A DNA stretch of 64,000 nt from Alphaproteobacteria bacterium (GTDB lineage: Bacteria > Pseudomonadota > Alphaproteobacteria > Bin95). The notes under the pieces are model-generated. The model searched no databases and was not told the origin of the DNA. It saw nothing but the letters and a program-made list of their open reading frames with translations. Positions 58,706 to 64,000 of this stretch are shown here, one piece after another; positions within the stretch are counted from its first letter, which is position 1, and every line of letters begins with the position of its first letter. Location of the stretch: positions 2,016,001 through 2,080,000 of the forward strand of contig CBDBGH010000003.1 in assembly GCA_965205265.1 (NCBI GenBank), given 5' to 3'. The translations under genes were made by a program, and so were the position numbers.

Positions 58706-59413
58706 GTGGAAAGCTTCTGGAGGATACTCGGAGAGGCGGTCGGCCTGATCCTTGCCTGGGACTCCGACCTCGTCGAAATCGTCGGCCTGTCGCTTCGCGT
58801 CACGCTGAGCGCCGTCGCCATTTCCTGCCTCATCGGCCTGCCGCTCGGCGCGGCGGTCGGCGCCTTCCGCTTCCCCGGGCGGACGGCGGTCATCGTCGTG
58901 CTGAATTCGCTGATGGGGCTGCCGCCCGTCGTGGTGGGGCTGATCGCCTATCTCATGCTCTCGGCCGCCGGCCCGCTCGGCCCGCTGGAGCTGCTCTACA
59001 CGCCGGCGGCCATGATTATCGCCCAGACGATCCTCGTCACCCCCATCGTGGCGGCGTTGAGCCGGCAGGTGGTGGAGGACTGCTACCGCGAATATGCCGA
59101 GCAGTTCGACTCGCTCGGCGTCGGTCCGTTCGACCGGGTCGCCGCGCTCCTGTGGGACGCCCGCTACAGCCTGCTCACCGTGGCGCTCGCCGGCTTCGGC
59201 CGCGCGGTGGCGGAGGTGGGCGCCGTCATCATCGTCGGCGGCAACATCAACCATGTCACGCGCGTGATGACCACGACGATTGCGCTTGAGACCTCGAAAG
59301 GCAATCTCGAACTCGCGCTGGCGCTCGGCGTCGTGCTTCTCGCCATTGCCGTGGCGGTAAACGGGGCCGTCATGACGCTCCGGGCCTCGGCCGTCCGGAT
59401 GGCCTATGTTTGA
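58706..59413 (+). CDS. tupB: Tungstate ABC permease
   Basis: LMGLPPVVVGL, GFGRAVAEVGA..IVGGNI, TRVMTT.IALETSKG. Confidence 0.88.
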   Translation: MESFWRILGEAVGLILAWDSDLVEIVGLSLRVTLSAVAISCLIGLPLGAAVGAFRFPGRTAVIVVLNSLMGLPPVVVGLIAYLMLSAAGPLGPLELLYTPAAMIIAQTILVTPIVAALSRQVVEDCYREYAEQFDSLGVGPFDRVAALLWDARYSLLTVALAGFGRAVAEVGAVIIVGGNINHVTRVMTTTIALETSKGNLELALALGVVLLAIAVAVNGAVMTLRASAVRMAYV

Positions 59414-60197
59414 GGCGGCGTTCCATGCGGCTGCGCCGGGGACCCCGGCAGCAGCAGACGCCCCGGCCCTGCTGAGCGCGCGGGGCCTGTGTTTCGATAC
59501 CGGCGGCAAGCGGCTGATCGACGGGGTCGATATCGACATCCGCCCCGGCAGGCGCACGGTGGTCATGGGCGCCAACGGCGCCGGCAAGAGCTTGCTGCTG
59601 CGCCTTCTGCACGGCCTGATCCGCCCGACCGCCGGCGAGGTGCTCTGGCGGGGGCGGCCCCTCGACCGCGAAGGCCGCCTCGCGCAGGCGATGGTGTTCC
59701 AGCGCCCGGTGCTGCTGCGCCGCTCGGTGCTCGCCAACCTCCGCTTCGCGCTTTCGGTGCGCGGGCTTTCGGGACCGGAACGCGCAGAACGGGAGGCCGA
59801 GGCTATGGAGCGGTCCCGCCTCGGCGGTCTGGCGAACCGGCCGGCGCGCGTGCTCTCGGGCGGCGAGCAGCAGCGGCTTGCGGTGGCGCGCGCGCTTGCC
59901 TGCCGGCCGCGCGTGCTCTTCCTCGACGAACCGACGGCCAGTTTGGACCCAGGTTCGACCCACGCCATCGAGCAACTGGTCCTCGAAGCGCATGAGAGCG
60001 GCGTCGCCATCGTGCTCGTCACGCACGACACCGGCCAGGCGCGGCGCCTCGGCGGCGACGCGGTCTTCCTGCATGGCGGGCGGGTGGTGGAGACGGGACA
60101 CGCACCGGAGGTTCTGGATGCGCCGCGCTCCGAAGCCGCCCGCGCCTGGCTCGAGGGCCGGCTCTATCTCGACGCTCCCGCCGCGCCCCGGGCCTGA
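59406..60197 (+). CDS. tupC: Tungstate ABC ATPase
   Basis: GANGAGKS, VFQRPVLLRRSV, LSGGE, DEPTASLD. Confidence 0.85.
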   Translation: MFEAAFHAAAPGTPAAADAPALLSARGLCFDTGGKRLIDGVDIDIRPGRRTVVMGANGAGKSLLLRLLHGLIRPTAGEVLWRGRPLDREGRLAQAMVFQRPVLLRRSVLANLRFALSVRGLSGPERAEREAEAMERSRLGGLANRPARVLSGGEQQRLAVARALACRPRVLFLDEPTASLDPGSTHAIEQLVLEAHESGVAIVLVTHDTGQARRLGGDAVFLHGGRVVETGHAPEVLDAPRSEAARAWLEGRLYLDAPAAPRA

Positions 60198-60216
60198 ACC
60201 CGGATCGAAGCGCGAC

Positions 60217-61041
60217 ATGGCCGGACGCATCCTCCCTTCGCTCGCTGCCCTTGCATTCATCGCTCTGGGCGTTATCCATCCGGCGGCGGCGGACCGTTTC
60301 ATCGTCGTCCAGTCCACCACTTCGACCCAGAACTCCGGCCTCTACGACCACATCCTGCCGCTGTTCCGGGAGCGGACCGGCATCGAGGTGCGGGTCGTCG
60401 CGGTCGGCACCGGCCAGGCGCTTCGGAACGCCGCCAATGGCGACGGCGACGTGCTCCTCGTCCACGCCCGGTCGGCCGAGGAGCGCTTCGTTTCCGACGG
60501 TCACGGCATCGGCCGGGCCGATGTCATGTACAACGATTTCGTCATCGTCGGACCTGCCGAAGACCCTGCCGGCGTGGCGGGCATGAACGACGCCGTGGCG
60601 GCGCTGGCCTTGATCGCCTGGGCCGAAGCGCCCTTCGTTTCGCGCGGCGACGACAGCGGCACGCACAAGACGGAACTCGCGCTCTGGAAGGCGGCGGGTG
60701 TCGATGTCGCGGCCGCTTCGGGCGGCTGGTATCGCGAGACCGGTTCGGGCATGGGCGCGGCGCTCAACACCGCCAGCGGCATGGGCGCCTATGCGATGAC
60801 CGACCGCGCCACCTGGACGGGCTTCGCCAACAGGAACGGCCAGCGGATCCTGGTCGAGGGCGACCCGAGGCTCTTCAACCAGTACGGCATTGTGCTGGTG
60901 AATCCCGAACGGCACCCGAATGTGAAGGCCGGCCTCGGCCGGCTGTTCGTCGACTGGGTGCTCTCCGAGGAAGGACAGGCAGCTATTGCGTCCTACAGGG
61001 TGGATGGCCAGCAGGTCTTCTTTCCGAACGCCGGCGGCTGA
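60217..61041 (+). CDS. tupA: Tungstate ABC substrate-binding protein
   Basis: STTSTQNSGL, VGTGQA, MYNDF, SRGDDSGTH, DRATW, LFNQY. Confidence 0.9.
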   Translation: MAGRILPSLAALAFIALGVIHPAAADRFIVVQSTTSTQNSGLYDHILPLFRERTGIEVRVVAVGTGQALRNAANGDGDVLLVHARSAEERFVSDGHGIGRADVMYNDFVIVGPAEDPAGVAGMNDAVAALALIAWAEAPFVSRGDDSGTHKTELALWKAAGVDVAAASGGWYRETGSGMGAALNTASGMGAYAMTDRATWTGFANRNGQRILVEGDPRLFNQYGIVLVNPERHPNVKAGLGRLFVDWVLSEEGQAAIASYRVDGQQVFFPNAGG

Positions 61042-61074
61042 CGGATGCGAACCCGCCGGCATGAGGATTGCGGC

Positions 61075-61503
61075 ATGACACGGCTCCTGCGGTCCCTGCT
61101 GGCGATTGCGCTGGTCGGCCTCGCCATGCCGGGCGAGGCGCGCAGCGTCCGCGACTCCGCCGGGAGGGTCGTCGAAATCCCGGACCGGGTGGAGCGCGTG
61201 TTTGCTGCCGGGCCGCCCGCCTCGATCCTCGTCTATGCGCTGAAGCCCGGCGCGCTGCTCGGATGGCCGCGCGCGCTGCGGGACTACGAGAAGCCCTACA
61301 TCGCCCGACCCTGGCGCGACCTTCCCGAGACCGGGCGGCTCACCGGGCGCGGCGGCGACGCGAACCTCGAACGGGTGATCGCGCTGGAGCCCGACCTCAT
61401 CGTCGATTTCGGCTCCGTGCGGGATACCTATATCGACCTCGCGAACCGCGTCCAGGACCGGACCGGCATCCCCTATGTCCTGGTCAACGGGCGCTTTTCC
61501 GAA
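61075..61503 (+). pseudogene. Class III (iron/B12/MolA-like) ABC substrate-binding protein truncated by IS1595
   Basis: Signal peptide, DSAGRVVEIP..VERV, NLERVIALEPDLI; the family-like sequence ends abruptly at the AT-rich IS end. Confidence 0.8.
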
Positions 61504-61516
61504 GGGGATTATATAC

Positions 61517-61545
61517 TTGACGGCGCAAACCGGAGCGCCTATATT
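61517..61545 (+). promoter_or_regulatory. Sigma70-type promoter of the IS1595 element
   Basis: TTGACG-17 bp-TATATT, then GGAGG and ATG 61569. Confidence 0.7.
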
Positions 61546-61568
61546 CATCCTTACAGGGAGGATCCACT

Positions 61569-62534
61569 ATGGCGAAAGCACCGGGTAAGGCACACCGCGA
61601 AGGCATCACGCTCTTGCAGGTTGTGGAGATGTTCCCGACCGAGGAAAGCGCCCATGACTGGTTCGCGGATATGCGCTGGGGCCGCACCGGCCGTTTCTGC
61701 CCGCGTTGCGGTAACACCGAGACGACGCAGAAGGGCTTGACCTTTTGGTGCGGCGGTTGCCGCCGTCGGTTCACGGTCCGCACCGGCACGGCGATGGAGC
61801 GGTCGAAGATTCCGCTGCGCAAGTGGGTCATCGCCATCTACTTGAGCGTGACAAGCCTCAAAGGCGTGTCGTCGATGAAGCTGCACCGCGACCTTGGCAT
61901 TACGCAGAAGAGCGCATGGTTCATGGCGCACCGCATCCGGGAAGCCATGATGGGCGAGCCGGGCGGGTTCTTCGGCCCTGCCGAGGCGGACGAAACCTAC
62001 TTTGGAGGCAAACGGAAGAACATGAGCAACCGGAAGCGGAAGGAGCTTGCCGGGACGGGCCGGGGCACGGTCGGCAAAGCCGCCGTGGCCGGTGTGAAGG
62101 ACCGGGACAGCAACAAGGTCGCGGCCCGCGTCATGGAAGCGACGAAGGCGGACGACCTGCAACGCTTCGTCCGGGACAATGTGCAGCCCGGCGCCACCCT
62201 CTATACGGACGAAGCGGCCGCCTACAAGGGAATGCCCGAATTCGATCACGAGGCGGTCAATCACTCGGTTGCCGAGTATGTGCGCGGGCAGGCGCACACG
62301 AACGGGATGGAAAGCTTCTGGTCGATGTTGAAGCGGGCCTACGCCGGAACCTTTCACAAGTTTTCGCATAAGCACCTTCAGCGGTATGTCGATGAATTCT
62401 CGACGCGCCACAATCTCCGCGACATGGACACGGCGGACATGATGGCGGCGCTCGCCGCTGGCATGGTCGGCAAGCGCCTCCTTTACAGCGACTTGATTGC
62501 GGACAACGGCCTGTCCTCCGGCGCTCGAAGCTGA
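61569..62534 (+). CDS. IS1595-family transposase
   Basis: Zn ribbon CPRC...CGGC; EADETY, LYTDE, HTNGMESFW, YVDEF..RHN. Confidence 0.93.
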   Translation: MAKAPGKAHREGITLLQVVEMFPTEESAHDWFADMRWGRTGRFCPRCGNTETTQKGLTFWCGGCRRRFTVRTGTAMERSKIPLRKWVIAIYLSVTSLKGVSSMKLHRDLGITQKSAWFMAHRIREAMMGEPGGFFGPAEADETYFGGKRKNMSNRKRKELAGTGRGTVGKAAVAGVKDRDSNKVAARVMEATKADDLQRFVRDNVQPGATLYTDEAAAYKGMPEFDHEAVNHSVAEYVRGQAHTNGMESFWSMLKRAYAGTFHKFSHKHLQRYVDEFSTRHNLRDMDTADMMAALAAGMVGKRLLYSDLIADNGLSSGARS

Positions 62535-62535
62535 C

Positions 62536-63549
62536 ATGGCGCTGCAAACGGTCATTCCGCCGACCGACCTAAGCGCGGAAGCCCTCGCCCGCCGCCTGCT
62601 GAATGAGGGATGGATGGAGGACGGCCGCCATCCCCTGCACCTCCGCAAGGCGCGTTTCCTCGACCGGCTGCGCAGCACCGGCAAGCTGGACTACAAGCGG
62701 TATCTGGCCTCGCCGCTGCGCTACGCGGGCGGCAAGAGCCTCGCCGTCGGCATGGTCGTGGAACTCATGCCCGATGTCGTGGAGCGCGTCGCGTCGCCTT
62801 TCATGGGCGGCGGCTCCGTCGAGATCGCTCTTGCCCGCGAACTCGAACTGCCGGTCGCGGCCTACGATGTCTTCGACATTCTCTGCGCCTACTGGCAAGA
62901 GCAGTTGCAGCGCCCGGCCGCACTGGCGAAGCGGCTCCGGGCCTTCACGCCGGATCGGCCCACCTTCGCCGCCGTCAAAGCCCGGCTGGAAGCGCACTGG
63001 AAGCGCGGGGAGGCGTTGAACCGCTACGACCTCGCCGCTCACTACTACTTCAACTCGAACACCTCCTACGGGCCGCATTTCCTCGGCTGGCCGTCCGATG
63101 TGTATCTGGCACCGGATCGTTACGGGAAGACGGTGGAGAAGGTCGAGGCGTTTCGCGCGCCGGGGCTGACCGTGGAGTGCGCGGGCTTCGAGGAGTCGAT
63201 ACCGCATCACGCGGCGGACTTCCTCTACTGCGACCCGCCCTACTACCTCGAAGAGGGCAAGACTTTCGTGGGGATGTATCCGCACCGGAACTTCCCGATT
63301 CACCATGACGGCTTCCGGCATGAGGCGTTGCGCGATTTGCTCTTGCGCCACCGGGCCGGATTCATCCTGTCCTACAACGACTGCCCGACGATCCGCGACT
63401 GGTATTCCGACTGCAATATCGAGACGCCGGAATGGCAATACACCTTCGGGCAGGGCGATACGCGCATCGGCGAGAACCGGCGCGAGCGCAACGGCGGGTC
63501 GCATGTGAAGAAGTCGCACGAACTGCTTATCTGGCGGCATCCCCGGTGA
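62536..63549 (+). CDS. Dam-like (D12 class) N6-adenine DNA methyltransferase
   Basis: SPLRYAGGKS, PFMGGGSV, FLYCDPPY, FILSYND. Confidence 0.9.
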   Translation: MALQTVIPPTDLSAEALARRLLNEGWMEDGRHPLHLRKARFLDRLRSTGKLDYKRYLASPLRYAGGKSLAVGMVVELMPDVVERVASPFMGGGSVEIALARELELPVAAYDVFDILCAYWQEQLQRPAALAKRLRAFTPDRPTFAAVKARLEAHWKRGEALNRYDLAAHYYFNSNTSYGPHFLGWPSDVYLAPDRYGKTVEKVEAFRAPGLTVECAGFEESIPHHAADFLYCDPPYYLEEGKTFVGMYPHRNFPIHHDGFRHEALRDLLLRHRAGFILSYNDCPTIRDWYSDCNIETPEWQYTFGQGDTRIGENRRERNGGSHVKKSHELLIWRHPR

Positions 63550-64000
63550 ACGCTCGCCGCGCAAGCACGACCGAGGCAGCCCGCGAATACCGGCAACGCG
63601 GCCATGACGACGCGCTGCTGTTCGCGCTCGCCATCGGGCTTGAGGATGACTACCGCCGCGACCAAGCGGCGAAGAAGGATGTCATCGACCCGGCCGGAGA
63701 CGCGCACTCGGTCAAGTCCGGGCGCATCAAGTGGCAGGTCTTCCTCTACCGGCGAAACCGCTTCCTCGACGACGACGGGTTCCAGGCGCTCAATGGGGTC
63801 GGCTCGCTCCTGGTCCACTGCATTGACGCCTTCCCGCCGCGCTACAGCGACTATGAGGACAACAAGGAACCGGCCAAACTCCGCCTGCAAGCGCCCATGC
63901 GGGAGCTCAAAGACCGCTTCCAGCGCAAGGCTCTCCTGCGGGCCTTCCTGCGCAAGTCGCTCTTCAACGGCGCGGAGGTGCAATATCTGACGGTGCTGCG
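63546..64000 (+). CDS. Putative type II restriction endonuclease (partial; runs off the right edge)
   Basis: Not in the ORF track. GTG overlaps the MTase stop; MNARRAS...GHDDA...KKDVID...HSVKSG..KWQVFLY, with a D...SVK motif that looks PD-(D/E)xK-like; open to 64000. Confidence 0.6.
   Translation, partial: MNARRASTTEAAREYRQRGHDDALLFALAIGLEDDYRRDQAAKKDVIDPAGDAHSVKSGRIKWQVFLYRRNRFLDDDGFQALNGVGSLLVHCIDAFPPRYSDYEDNKEPAKLRLQAPMRELKDRFQRKALLRAFLRKSLFNGAEVQYLTVL

Larger units (their letters stand above)
61504..64000 (+). mobile_element. IS1595-family element with probable passenger genes (right end not seen in window)
   Basis: Putative left end GGGGATTATATACTT; transposase followed at once by co-oriented, coupled genes; no matching right IR found before 64000. 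Confidence 0.7.

Noticed and set aside
61045-61740. 231-aa ORF as an intact gene
   Set aside because: It is a chimera of the truncated SBP and read-through into the IS1595 left end.

Overview
High-GC alphaproteobacterial chromosome segment, Rhodospirillales-like by inference from the hemF-petABC-mtnP-mtnA and DUF2155-mlaD-NDUFA12-nrdJ synteny. It mixes housekeeping genes with many catabolic and transport genes (TRAP, peptide ABC, CoA-transferases, LLM oxidoreductases). It also has three toxin-antitoxin loci (one a fused MNT-HEPN) and a molybdate/tungstate uptake cluster. The most notable features are in the mobile and non-coding DNA. (1) Two copies of a ~345-bp non-coding MITE with 15-bp TIRs each sit in the exact centre of a CGTC-type REP palindrome with a 9-bp target duplication. 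The MITE carries a REP doublet containing its own target, and an exact empty target is present at 36557-36587. (2) An IS1634 element has a 49-bp target duplication that regenerates the RBS of the downstream gene. (3) An IS1595 element truncates a metal-binding protein gene and appears to carry a methyltransferase plus a putative restriction endonuclease. (4) An orphan terminase-small-subunit-like gene has a non-coding leader with a diverged, ORF-less copy ~27 kb away. All calls come from reading the sequence by eye; no searches were run.
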